This document shows positions 40,234 to 50,099 of a stretch of DNA of 64,000 bases, one piece after another. Location: sequence record OP123707.1; one strand, written 5' to 3'. Position 1 is the stretch's first letter; the number at the start of each line of letters is the position of its first letter. The notes under the pieces were generated by a model. The model searched no databases. It was not told where the DNA came from and saw nothing but the letters and a program-made list of their open reading frames with translations. A program made the translations under genes and the position numbers.

Positions 40234-42414
40234 ATGAAAAGAAATATCGTAGCTCAGCTAGGTTCATCTAACGCGGGCATTTACCAAAGCATCAAGAACT
40301 CTCTTACGAACGGTGCTCTTGACACTCTGAGTGGCATGGAGTCTTTCTCTAGCGCTGCTAACGCACTAGACGCAGTTGCGGGCAACGAATCTTTCCGTGG
40401 CGCTGCTGGTGAATACTTCAAGGGTATGTCTGGCGAGCAAAAGCACGCTGTAATCACAGCAACTCAACGTGCTCTTTCTGGTAACGCAGTTGCAGGTCTT
40501 GAAAGCCTAATCGAATCTGAGCGTGCAGTTGCAGGTCTTGAAGGTTTCTCTTGGGCTCAGTCTTCTGGTACTTCAACTGAAACTAAAGCGGCTTCTATCA
40601 CGCTTAACGCTCTAGCACACCGTCAAACTGACGCTGCTGAAGCAATGTTCAAAACTGTAAGCATCCCTTACGAAGCTGAACAGCTAGAGTACACTGTACG
40701 TACTTCAGGTCTTGGTCGTTACATCTACGGCGCATCTGCTTACGATTCAGCTTCTCAACTACAACCAGTAACTAGCCTTCTACGTCAGTCTAAGTACTTC
40801 CTAGACGACACGCTAGAACTACACCCAGTTTACCCAGCAGCTTCTGAATCTCCAGCTCGTAAACTGTTCGTAGACGCAGCAGACTTTGCTCCTTGGGAAC
40901 AAAGCTACTCTCAAGCTGACGCACTACGTCGTAACACTCACGAAACTTCTTTCCTACGCGTTGGTAAGGCAGTTCCAAACCTACTAGGTCTTTCTGAAGT
41001 ACCTGGACAAACTCCTTACGATTCATCTACTGATGAAATCGAAGCGAACTCAATCACTGTACAGAAAGTTCTGTTCAAAGTGACTGTTGACGGTACAGAC
41101 CACGTTGTGGTTCTTCCTACTTTCAACTTCACTAACTCTTCTTTCGGTGTGAGCTCTATCGGTCACTCGTCTGACGATCGTAACCTAAACATGACTGTTA
41201 AAGGTCTACCGGTTACAGCATTCACTGACAAAGACGGTGAAGCTTCTACAGCGTTTGACGCTCTACAAGCAGCTGGCGCTAAAGCGTTCTTCGGCTTCAA
41301 CCTAAGCGGCACGTTCCAACGTCAAAACTACTCGATCCAAACTTCAGCTTCTGATCTGAACCTTGAGTACATCGAGCTAGACGGCGTTAAACACAACGCA
41401 GCAACTAAGAACACAGCTGTTAAAGCACTGTTCGCTAAATTCGCTGAAGGCGAAGTAATCGGTTGGTTGCCTTCTTACAACCACAACAACGTTAACCGTA
41501 CTAACTTCGGTTACCGCGTAGAAGTGTTCGACGCTCACAAAGTAATGAACGTTCGTCGTGAAACTCCTATCTCTGTGAAATACCCAGTTGATAAGAACGA
41601 CGTAAACGAAGGTTCATTAAGCTTCGCGATCGACGAAATGAACACTATCCTTCAAGCACAAACTACTGCGAAAGCGTACAAAGCTGCTGAAGGTCACATC
41701 GCACGTGTTGCTTCTCTAAACGGTCACGCTATCGTTGGTAACGAGCAATCAGCTTCTGTAATGGCTGGTATGCACTTCGTTAACGCTTCTTACCTAAACC
41801 GTAAGATGAAACTAGCGGACGCAGTATCTGCACTAGATTCAACTACAGTTCTAGAAGCTGTAGAGAAAACTATTACTATGAACATCACAGAAATCTGTGC
41901 TGCTCTAAGTACTATCTCTGGTCTAGCGGCAATCAGCGAATACCGTCGTGTTGAGAAGAAGTGGACTATCATCGGTCACCAAAACCTTTCTCGTTACATG
42001 ATCCGTCAAGGTGACGCTCGTACTCTTGGTAATGGCATCAGCTTCAAGACTATCGACTCTAACCTAGATGACATGATCGGTAAGTTCTACATCATCCCTG
42101 AGTCAGAAACTACTGATAGCAACATCGACGTGATCGGTGGTATGGGTGTAATGATCTCGAAAGAGCATCAAGTAATCCAAGCTAACCTAACTCGTAACAA
42201 CGCGGACTTCGGTATCGTGATCACTCAACCAGCGTACAAACACCACTCTGTGTGTCCAATCGTTGGTGTCCTAGAAATCGAAGATGCAGCAAACGCTATC
42301 TCTGAAGAAGGTCTGATCCGTTACCTAAACGCTCAACGTGTCAACGTTGTTAACGCTGAAGAGTTCCCAACTTCAGAAGCTCCGGCTGGTGAAGAAACTG
42401 GTCAGTTACCATAA
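40234..42414 (+). CDS. Major capsid protein (phiKZ gp120-like)
   Basis: 726 aa, strongest codon optimisation seen in the window, N-terminal propeptide with SGME/AGNE/AGLE/AGLE sites, strong terminator, synteny. Confidence 0.88.
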   Translation: MKRNIVAQLGSSNAGIYQSIKNSLTNGALDTLSGMESFSSAANALDAVAGNESFRGAAGEYFKGMSGEQKHAVITATQRALSGNAVAGLESLIESERAVAGLEGFSWAQSSGTSTETKAASITLNALAHRQTDAAEAMFKTVSIPYEAEQLEYTVRTSGLGRYIYGASAYDSASQLQPVTSLLRQSKYFLDDTLELHPVYPAASESPARKLFVDAADFAPWEQSYSQADALRRNTHETSFLRVGKAVPNLLGLSEVPGQTPYDSSTDEIEANSITVQKVLFKVTVDGTDHVVVLPTFNFTNSSFGVSSIGHSSDDRNLNMTVKGLPVTAFTDKDGEASTAFDALQAAGAKAFFGFNLSGTFQRQNYSIQTSASDLNLEYIELDGVKHNAATKNTAVKALFAKFAEGEVIGWLPSYNHNNVNRTNFGYRVEVFDAHKVMNVRRETPISVKYPVDKNDVNEGSLSFAIDEMNTILQAQTTAKAYKAAEGHIARVASLNGHAIVGNEQSASVMAGMHFVNASYLNRKMKLADAVSALDSTTVLEAVEKTITMNITEICAALSTISGLAAISEYRRVEKKWTIIGHQNLSRYMIRQGDARTLGNGISFKTIDSNLDDMIGKFYIIPESETTDSNIDVIGGMGVMISKEHQVIQANLTRNNADFGIVITQPAYKHHSVCPIVGVLEIEDAANAISEEGLIRYLNAQRVNVVNAEEFPTSEAPAGEETGQLP

Positions 42415-42450
42415 CGGTAACTCGTTAACGATTCGTTAACATAACTCCTT

Positions 42451-42490
42451 ACTCCCTCTACCTTCGGGTAGAGGGAGTTTTTTGCTTTTT
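42451..42490 (+). terminator. Intrinsic terminator
   Basis: ACTCCCTCTACC-TTCG-GGTAGAGGGAGT followed by a T-run. Confidence 0.9.
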
Positions 42491-42501
42491 ACTTAAAACT
42501 A

Positions 42502-42519
42502 ATCTCAAGTCTATATAGT
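42502..42519 (+). promoter_or_regulatory. Early promoter motif ATCTCAAGTCTATATAGT
   Basis: Matches the 18-mer at 29800 at 15 of 18 positions. Confidence 0.7.
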
Positions 42520-42549
42520 TCATGGGTATCTTAATAAAAGGATTATTCC

Positions 42550-43161
42550 ATGAATGACTTAATTCAAAAATACCAACGTTTAGTAATTTATAGACAATCA
42601 TTGATTATGTTAATAGCGGCTCCTGTTCCAGCAGCGATGATTAAGTTGCAAGGGGAGCTGTTGAATGAACAAACTATTGCATTGATAATAATACTGGGTA
42701 ATTTGTTTTCGATGTGTGGGACACAGTTGAATAAACTAAGTACTAAGTTGTTATTTATTGGTGGTAATGTAATTAGTGTGATTGCGGTGTTAGGTATTGT
42801 GTTGATGTATTTAGGAGAAATAGAGAATAGTGTTATAGTGGTGTATTTTCCAATAGTGTCTTGTATGGGATTTTTATTAGTTGGATTAGCATCAGGTCAA
42901 GTGAATGATGCAATGAAAAATAAATATAAAGAAGAGTTTGATATAAGTCATTATAATGCTAAGAAAAGTTCATTTGCAAGCGCAGCTATGGTAATGGGGC
43001 AAGGGATAGCATTAGTGTTTTATAATTTGGTAGATGTAGATCCAATTATGGTTTTGTTATTTTTAGAAACTGTGAATTGTCTTTTATATTTGATAGCTGA
43101 GATAAATAGGTGGGGTCTAATTAAAGAGATGGAATTGGAATTAAAGGAAAGCAGAATATAA
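42550..43161 (+). CDS. Polytopic membrane protein (about 6 TM segments, half-MFS-like topology) in a cytosine-depleted gene
   Basis: Six hydrophobic segments; AAGGA RBS at 42538; own promoter and terminator. Confidence 0.75.
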   Translation: MNDLIQKYQRLVIYRQSLIMLIAAPVPAAMIKLQGELLNEQTIALIIILGNLFSMCGTQLNKLSTKLLFIGGNVISVIAVLGIVLMYLGEIENSVIVVYFPIVSCMGFLLVGLASGQVNDAMKNKYKEEFDISHYNAKKSSFASAAMVMGQGIALVFYNLVDVDPIMVLLFLETVNCLLYLIAEINRWGLIKEMELELKESRI

Positions 43162-43164
43162 GTG

Positions 43165-43189
43165 AAGGGCTTCGGCCCTTTATTTTTTT
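43165..43189 (+). terminator. Intrinsic terminator
   Basis: AAGGGC-TTCG-GCCCTT followed by TATTTTTTT. Confidence 0.85.
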
Positions 43190-43224
43190 GTCTTTTTTAA
43201 GAAGTAGTTCAGTTTCGGTAAATT

Positions 43225-43242
43225 ATTTCAGACCTATATTAT
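43225..43242 (+). promoter_or_regulatory. Early promoter motif ATTTCAGACCTATATTAT
   Basis: Same family; precedes the operon containing the nvRNAP subunit, which must be an early product. Confidence 0.75.
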
Positions 43243-43300
43243 CTAAGTGATATATGACGATATATCGAATGAATTAAGTCATTCTCATGAGGATAAAATT

Positions 43301-44362
43301 ATGTCTATTAAAGTACCAACTAACCACACTGAAGACCCATCCATGCACATGGCGGAAAGATACCCGCATGAGGATCAACTCGGATACAAAATCGTTAATC
43401 AAACCAACAAGGATGTTTTGATTAAGCGCAATGCGTTTAACACCACCATCCCGGGTATAACGATTGGAGATCAGGACAGCAACTGTATTAAAGTTCATGT
43501 TACCTTTGGACTTACTGTTACCGATCTCAACGAATTCGAAGTTGAAACTCCTTTTGATGCATTGCTCATGGACATGATCCACGAGCACGATGGAAAGCGG
43601 TCAGCTTTATTTGGCTCTTTTTGCTCAACCACGGTATCGATCGGAATAGCGAAACACAACCTTCCAGAATTCGTAGGACCAGACGGTGGAATCCATTCTC
43701 GGCTACTAGGATTTTCACTGTACGGTTTCGACGGATGGGAAGAGAAGGATCTTATTGAACCAGGACCGTTTACAAATAAAGAACTTTGTGACGAGCATGG
43801 GAATAAAATTAGTAAGAACCAATACGCTCAGATCATCTATGAGTACATCAACAACACAGAACCTGATTTGATTTTGTTTACCCCAGTCGGTAATCAGATC
43901 ATCAAACTGGTCCCTAAACAGGACCCAACGTTGGAGAACCAACTCCGCATCCACGTACAAAACGAAGGAAAAGGTAAAATGACGACATACAGTTATAACT
44001 TGCCAGATTCTCGTGTGGATCTGGTTAAGTTCCATAAGGCTCTGGAAGAGTACGATTTGCATTTGAATGCATCGAATGCAATGGAGTCGTACAACAGCAA
44101 ATCTTTACTGCGAATGCAATCTATCGCAAAAGAACAAAATAAAGAAATTGAACGTCTAAACAACCAGCTAGTTAAACTAGAGGACTCTAAAGGCAAGCTT
44201 AAGGAGGCAAATAGCAAACAGCAGCTCAAGCACGAGCAGTCGTCCATTTGGACTAAGTTGTTTGAGAGTATCATTAAAGTGCCGTTCAGTATCATAGCTT
44301 CTTTACTAGAGCGAAAGTTAACAACGGTATTAGCAGCACGGCTGTTTGCTGCCTTGATTTAA
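43301..44362 (+). CDS. Conserved hypothetical protein (position of phiKZ gp122)
   Basis: Start moved to ATG 43301 (GAGGA RBS; the track start lies immediately after the promoter motif); C-terminal coiled coil plus amphipathic helix. Confidence 0.7.
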   Translation: MSIKVPTNHTEDPSMHMAERYPHEDQLGYKIVNQTNKDVLIKRNAFNTTIPGITIGDQDSNCIKVHVTFGLTVTDLNEFEVETPFDALLMDMIHEHDGKRSALFGSFCSTTVSIGIAKHNLPEFVGPDGGIHSRLLGFSLYGFDGWEEKDLIEPGPFTNKELCDEHGNKISKNQYAQIIYEYINNTEPDLILFTPVGNQIIKLVPKQDPTLENQLRIHVQNEGKGKMTTYSYNLPDSRVDLVKFHKALEEYDLHLNASNAMESYNSKSLLRMQSIAKEQNKEIERLNNQLVKLEDSKGKLKEANSKQQLKHEQSSIWTKLFESIIKVPFSIIASLLERKLTTVLAARLFAALI

Positions 44363-44397
44363 TCTAGCCCGTGAGTCCTCATAACCGAGGAAACACG

Positions 44398-46077
44398 ATG
44401 GACCCTAGATTACTCGACTCGATTGACAATACGATGCCTAAAATTAATACCGATCTCACGAAAGGTTTTCATGCTAGGCAGTTCGACGATATTGTGAAGT
44501 GGTACGAACGACAACTTCGCATGACGTTACAGTCACTAGAGTCAAAAGGGGTGAAATTCCATGGCTTACGTCCAGTTCGCCCCGATGAGATGTTTAAGGT
44601 CATCAGCGAAACTACGCAAAACAAAACATTTGAAACTAACCGTGAATCTTTGTATCCGACTAATATACACATAACGTATACGGACCACCAAGGCACGGAA
44701 CACTCGTTTGATAACATCTACGTTATGCTTCCTTTTACGGATGAGTACGGCGACATTTACATTCGAGATTCTTTATGTTCGTTGCAAATAGTATTAGCTG
44801 ACCGAGGACTTAGTGTCACGAAAGATGAGCAAATCTTTGTGAAAATTCTTGGTTACAAGTTTAAGATAGGTACGGAAAACGTCGGATTCGTTCGATTGTA
44901 CCCGGGACCTACAGGCACCCGTTCCGCCCGCATGCAGTTGAACTTGCCGGCTAACCGCTTCTATACGCCAAAAGAAGCGTGGCGAGTGAATCCTAAGAAA
45001 GTACCAGAGCCATTACTCGCTTGGTACATGTTCGCGGAACACGGGGTAACCAAAACGATAGAAAAATATGGTGAATGCGAAATCGCCGTAGGGGATGCTG
45101 AAGTCATTAGTGACTCGTACCCTGAAAGCGAAGGTTGGGAGATCTACGCAAGTACAGGTCGTCGTACCGATAGACAGTTGACGAAGACCTTTATTTACAA
45201 CCCGTTCGCGATTGCGGTTCGTCCGCTTAATCGTAAACGTGGAGAAATCCCGACAGTGGCATTACAATACGTAGCAAGTTTAATCTTCTTGTTTGATTGC
45301 GGTTCCACTCTGATCGATTTAGATCGATTAGATGACCGAATGTTCTGGCGTCTTATTATAGGTATGTCCTCAATGTCCTCTAGGGGAGGTTCGGATAATA
45401 TCCTGAGACAAATGTCAGACCATTTCCAAAGCATCTATGAATACATGGATGAAAGTTCAATCAAGCGCTTTGCCGCGCAACGAATTGTTGTCGATGATAT
45501 GTTCGATTTGTTCAACTACATCATCGCAAACCGTACCGAAATCGTTAAGACTGTCGACCGAGCAGATATGCTCCACAAAGAAGTTTGTTCTCTCGAATAC
45601 ACTATGGACCGTCTCATCATACGTGCCAATCGTTTTAAACACGAAATTAAAAACATCACCGATCTGAATACACAAAAGGTAGCACACACTGTAGTTCGTT
45701 GGTTCGGCTTACGAGATATTGAGCCAGCCGCACGGGAATCCAACCTGATCCAAGAGTCCACACCGACTGACTGCCCATTAGCAGATTACGTTCTAGGTGT
45801 CATGACTCAGGCTAAGGTCTGTTCATCTAGAGGAGGGAAGCGAGCAGGTTTTAACGTTAGCGACCCTGCTAACGGAATACACCCGTCGTTACCATTCGCT
45901 ATGTCAGCAGAACGCATTACAAAACCAGACCCAGATGGCCGAGGCTATTTAAGCCCTTGTGTCCATGTGAACATGTCGAATTGTATTGTGTTAGATCCTA
46001 AGCTCCGAGAACTATATAACAAAACTACCTCACGTTTGACGATCCGTCAGCCGAGAGACCAAAAAGATGAGTCATAA
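44398..46077 (+). CDS. rpoB: Non-virion RNA polymerase beta subunit, N-terminal part (phiKZ gp123-like)
   Basis: GIHPSLPFAMSAERITKPDPDGRGYLSP corresponds to the RpoB RDVHPSHYGRxCPIETPEGxNIGL region; size and synteny; start at ATG 44398 with GAGG RBS. Confidence 0.75.
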   Translation: MDPRLLDSIDNTMPKINTDLTKGFHARQFDDIVKWYERQLRMTLQSLESKGVKFHGLRPVRPDEMFKVISETTQNKTFETNRESLYPTNIHITYTDHQGTEHSFDNIYVMLPFTDEYGDIYIRDSLCSLQIVLADRGLSVTKDEQIFVKILGYKFKIGTENVGFVRLYPGPTGTRSARMQLNLPANRFYTPKEAWRVNPKKVPEPLLAWYMFAEHGVTKTIEKYGECEIAVGDAEVISDSYPESEGWEIYASTGRRTDRQLTKTFIYNPFAIAVRPLNRKRGEIPTVALQYVASLIFLFDCGSTLIDLDRLDDRMFWRLIIGMSSMSSRGGSDNILRQMSDHFQSIYEYMDESSIKRFAAQRIVVDDMFDLFNYIIANRTEIVKTVDRADMLHKEVCSLEYTMDRLIIRANRFKHEIKNITDLNTQKVAHTVVRWFGLRDIEPAARESNLIQESTPTDCPLADYVLGVMTQAKVCSSRGGKRAGFNVSDPANGIHPSLPFAMSAERITKPDPDGRGYLSPCVHVNMSNCIVLDPKLRELYNKTTSRLTIRQPRDQKDES

Positions 46078-48520
46078 TAACCCAAACTTTCCACAACAAC
46101 CATTTACCCGAGCATCAGCGGGCCGTCCTATTGACGACCCAGGTGCCGGGTGGGGTAATCGTCAGCAAGCCCCAGGTGGGATGCCGACAATGGGAATGCC
46201 TGCAATGAGTGGTGGACAAGGCATGCCTACTATGGGCGGTCAACAACGTCCTATTTCACAAGCAGCGCAATTCGAAAACATTTCACGCCAAATTGGTTTG
46301 AATAACGACTACGGCACAACCAACCAATCCAACAACGATTACTCAGCAGTCACCGATTTCATTAATGGTGGTCGCGAAGGTACCGATGCGGACATGGTGG
46401 CGTTGAAAACGGAAGAAGCCAAGAACTCCGTGTTTCCATTAGCGATTCACGTCATGACTGAATTCCAACACCGCAGTGGTCGTTATGCGGCCTTTGATGT
46501 ATCGATCAATGAATTCTCAATGAAGTTCACTGCCCCGGTACAATGTCAAACGATTCTTAAGTTCCGTGACTTAATCAACAACAGCATGAAGTTCCGTCAA
46601 AACATCGGCTTAAACGTCGGTACGTTGTTGGGACATCAGATAGCAGATGCGATCATCAAAGATCAACAGATTGACCAGCGTCAAACTCAAAGTTGGTACA
46701 TGGGTTGTCTGGATAACATCATCGCTCTAGAGTTGATTAAGTGGTTAAGTGCGAACCAAGCAGCACGTAATGACCTGATGGCGGAAGGTTTGGTGGGTGA
46801 CACCATGCGCCGTCGTCTGATGGAACAGTTCCACGCAAGAATCACACACGTTAACGATTCGTTTAACTTCATGGGCATTCAGTCTCCTTACGAGGCAATG
46901 GAACCGAAGTTAGACAATGCGTTTGATGTGACCGCTAACCCTTCTCACTATGTCATGGACGCTCGTCGTAGTTCACACCCAACAATGAATTACGGGGACG
47001 TGAGCAGCAACATGTCTGGACAAACTCTAAGTGATGAAGAATACCGCGCGTACTGTCTACACTTGAGTGAACGAGACGCCATGTCTTACGCAAAACAATA
47101 CGGTCAACGATCTCAGGAGGTCAGCTACCAACCAGATTTTTCTAACAGCGCAGAGGAACCATTGAACTTTGGTGAATCGAATGCTGCACCAACGGACCTA
47201 AGTCAAATGACCACAACCAATCACCAAGAGTACGATTGGATGTCTCATTTGATTCCATTACCTAAATGTGATCTTTGGACAGCCGATAACGAAACAGTTA
47301 ACTACTTACGCAATACGTTCTTTGCGGGTCGATTCGACCGCTTACGTACCGCCGACGGTTCTCTAACTGTGTTCACGCTAGACAAAGAAGGCAAACCTGG
47401 TGAAGATGACCGAATCATCAACCTACACGGTAGATCTATGGAAACGTTTCTAACGAACCCTTCTCTATTACTTCCGTTGCTAGAGGAAACTCCTGAAGGC
47501 ATCGTAGAAGTCACAGAAGTAAAAATGACTGTTGATGAAAATGAACAGTACGACCTAGCGGCTTTGAAAGAAGCAGCGATGGGAACCAAAAATGTCCGCA
47601 ACACACTAATCGAAGATTTCACTTCTACGGATTTGGAAGCGTTCGATCGTGAAGCTGGTTACATTCACAATGCGGGTCGTCGTCAAGACGTCGTCCACGC
47701 AACAACAAACGTTGAAACGCATTACCAAAGCGTAGTGGTTTCATCACCAAGTCAAGTCGGTGAAGTTTACCGTACTTTGTCTATGTTGGTTAAAGGCGAA
47801 ACTCAAGCCATCAACTACTTTGATTGGATTCGTTCAACGTACGGAGCGTTGTGCAAACACCACATTGAAGAAGTAGAACTGATCGGCATGGCGGATTCTT
47901 ACATCCGTCTTGAGTTAGAACGTCACATGGTAGAACGTTACGGTTACAGCAATGATGCAAGTCACCAACGTTCATTTACTGTCGATACACTGGCAGACTG
48001 CTTTAACGACATTGAAGGTTACATTCGTGATCTGTGTCCAGAAGCATGGGAAGAACTTTCTACAGTGAAAGGCTCTCAAGCATTGATTTCTAAATCTCAA
48101 TGTTTGATGCCTCGTAACGAAGGTCTTCTAGTGATGGGTGCAAACGTGCGTGCAAAATCACGCATTAAGAATTTAGAGGATTACAACATCTCAATTCGTT
48201 TGTGTTTCGCTCGTCAAGTGATCGTCACTCGTATCTCGAACATGGCTCCACCAGTGAGCAGTTCAGAAGAAACGATCGCCGTTATGAAGCGCAGTGAAAA
48301 CCCGGACTTCTTCTCGGTAATTGCTGTTGCCTACGCGAAAGCTTCTGCGCGTCTGCTGGACGGTGCTGAGCAGCTGGTGATCTTTACAGATGCTAGCGAG
48401 GCTCGTTGGTCCTTCCAAACTAACCGTTACGATGGTAGTAACGTGGGTGCCATTCGTCGCTTGAAACGCTACGAAACCAACCTAACTATCCTGCCATTGG
48501 AAATGACACATCGACTGTAG
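46067..48520 (+). CDS. Large hypothetical protein with Q/G/M/P/N-rich low-complexity N-terminus
   Basis: 817 aa, overlaps the RNAP gene end; GGMPTMGMPAMSGGQGMPTMGGQQ. Confidence 0.75.
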   Translation: MSHNNPNFPQQPFTRASAGRPIDDPGAGWGNRQQAPGGMPTMGMPAMSGGQGMPTMGGQQRPISQAAQFENISRQIGLNNDYGTTNQSNNDYSAVTDFINGGREGTDADMVALKTEEAKNSVFPLAIHVMTEFQHRSGRYAAFDVSINEFSMKFTAPVQCQTILKFRDLINNSMKFRQNIGLNVGTLLGHQIADAIIKDQQIDQRQTQSWYMGCLDNIIALELIKWLSANQAARNDLMAEGLVGDTMRRRLMEQFHARITHVNDSFNFMGIQSPYEAMEPKLDNAFDVTANPSHYVMDARRSSHPTMNYGDVSSNMSGQTLSDEEYRAYCLHLSERDAMSYAKQYGQRSQEVSYQPDFSNSAEEPLNFGESNAAPTDLSQMTTTNHQEYDWMSHLIPLPKCDLWTADNETVNYLRNTFFAGRFDRLRTADGSLTVFTLDKEGKPGEDDRIINLHGRSMETFLTNPSLLLPLLEETPEGIVEVTEVKMTVDENEQYDLAALKEAAMGTKNVRNTLIEDFTSTDLEAFDREAGYIHNAGRRQDVVHATTNVETHYQSVVVSSPSQVGEVYRTLSMLVKGETQAINYFDWIRSTYGALCKHHIEEVELIGMADSYIRLELERHMVERYGYSNDASHQRSFTVDTLADCFNDIEGYIRDLCPEAWEELSTVKGSQALISKSQCLMPRNEGLLVMGANVRAKSRIKNLEDYNISIRLCFARQVIVTRISNMAPPVSSSEETIAVMKRSENPDFFSVIAVAYAKASARLLDGAEQLVIFTDASEARWSFQTNRYDGSNVGAIRRLKRYETNLTILPLEMTHRL

Positions 48521-48531
48521 TAATTAAGGTA

Positions 48532-48557
48532 AGGGGAGTTAACGCTCCCCTCTTTTT
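48532..48557 (+). terminator. Intrinsic terminator
   Basis: AGGGGAGT-TAAC-GCTCCCCT followed by CTTTTT. Confidence 0.75.
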
Positions 48558-48573
48558 CTAGGATTTATTTTTT

Positions 48574-49110
48574 ATGATTTTTAATAAACTATTGTACCCG
48601 CGTACAGTGGAAAGCTTCATTGATAAACTGGGAGGTCAACTTGATCACTTAGCTCGTAATAATAAAACGGCGTACTATGAACATCTGTTTAACATCGTCA
48701 ATGAAGAATACACACGTTGGGTGAATTACCGTGTTACACCTCGTATCGGTAAAACCAATGAAGTACGTTTCATCAACGTCAGCATTCCGCTGAACAACCG
48801 CAGCCGTGAATTAATCTTTTTCCGTCTTCCGATTCCTGTGGGAACACGTTTGGATAAAAACACCAGTCGCGTTCTTGGGGATTATTGTCGGGGTCTTCAT
48901 GAAGCTGCCATCATTAACCCTAAGAAAAACACACCATTGGTATTGGATGTATCAGAGAGCCCAGTAAACGCTTCTGAATTGATCTCTCCAGCACGTTTTT
49001 ACAGTAACGCAAGCTTTGCATTGCTTCGTCGTAACGGAGCCGTACAGCGCACCGTAGACCCTTCTCGTTTATGGGGAGTTGCCACCCCAAACTTCAGGAG
49101 ATATAAATAA
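48574..49110 (+). CDS. Hypothetical basic protein
   Basis: 178 aa, coupled to the next gene. Confidence 0.65.
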   Translation: MIFNKLLYPRTVESFIDKLGGQLDHLARNNKTAYYEHLFNIVNEEYTRWVNYRVTPRIGKTNEVRFINVSIPLNNRSRELIFFRLPIPVGTRLDKNTSRVLGDYCRGLHEAAIINPKKNTPLVLDVSESPVNASELISPARFYSNASFALLRRNGAVQRTVDPSRLWGVATPNFRRYK

Positions 49111-50099
49111 TGGGAAACCCTATTTTTGATTTAAATGAATTAGTGTTCGCGATTCATCTGCGTCTTCAGAACGAACTCGAAAACACAGAGTCTCGAGATC
49201 GTAAAACCATCATTGATAAAATTTATCGATCTTACCCATTCACTAGCGATTTATTTGAACTTCCTAAAATGAAAGTAAGTTTGCTGGACAAATGGTTGAC
49301 GGTCGAATTTCCGAGTAAGGATGTTGAGTTAAGAACCTTCAATAAAGAACCACATCTTTACTTCACGGAAATGCACGGGAAATTGGTGTTTAGTGATGAC
49401 GAGCCCCACTTACCAACCGTCAAACAAACCTTCCAACGTCGTTCCGATTTTGTTGGGATATACGAAGGCATTATGCATCCAGGAAACGCTTGGTTAAGAC
49501 CATCTCAAGGTTATCCGTTCCAAGGGGTTATTCGTTTGATGAACCGAGGGGTTAGTTATGTGCTCCTTCCTACTACTCAAATTTATATCCCTGAAGGCAC
49601 TTCTTATCAAACACCATCCGACGTCTTTGAAATGGGTGACGGGAAGAAACCCGATTTTACCCTGATCGGACGTCTGGAAGCACAACGTTTAGCGGAGCTG
49701 TTACACAACACCAAGACATCTCAGGAACTGTTAGAGACGTTCGTACGATTCTTCGATAAACCACGCTACCCGCCTTATGACGGTAACTGTCGAGCTAGAT
49801 ACGGTCGCTACATCGTAAACTATTTGTTTGACCAGCGAGATTTAATTCATGTTCGAGGAAACCCTGAACAGAGTTTTAACCGCATGGTTCGTTGCGCAAT
49901 GGACCCGAGCAAAGACATTAAGTTATCTAAGGAGGAGTTCGCGGAACCTCAATTTGTATTTGTGGATGCTCATGAAGTTCCAGAGAAGCACATTGAACAC
50001 ATCAATTTCATTCGTAAGCAATTGGGATTAGCTCCCCAAGCTGCAATATGGAATCCCGATGGTACGTTAGACAAATTAGTGGATGAGGACATGGCGTGA
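49110..50099 (+). CDS. Hypothetical protein
   Basis: 329 aa, TAATG overlap. Confidence 0.7.
   Translation: MGNPIFDLNELVFAIHLRLQNELENTESRDRKTIIDKIYRSYPFTSDLFELPKMKVSLLDKWLTVEFPSKDVELRTFNKEPHLYFTEMHGKLVFSDDEPHLPTVKQTFQRRSDFVGIYEGIMHPGNAWLRPSQGYPFQGVIRLMNRGVSYVLLPTTQIYIPEGTSYQTPSDVFEMGDGKKPDFTLIGRLEAQRLAELLHNTKTSQELLETFVRFFDKPRYPPYDGNCRARYGRYIVNYLFDQRDLIHVRGNPEQSFNRMVRCAMDPSKDIKLSKEEFAEPQFVFVDAHEVPEKHIEHINFIRKQLGLAPQAAIWNPDGTLDKLVDEDMA

Noticed and set aside
43247-43300. GTG start given by the ORF track
   Set aside because: It lies immediately after the early promoter motif, leaving no room for an RBS; ATG 43301 has a GAGGA RBS.
37974-46077. Intein or group I intron in the helicase or RNAP subunit
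   Set aside because: Both ORFs are continuous and of expected size, with no splice-junction or homing-endonuclease motifs seen.
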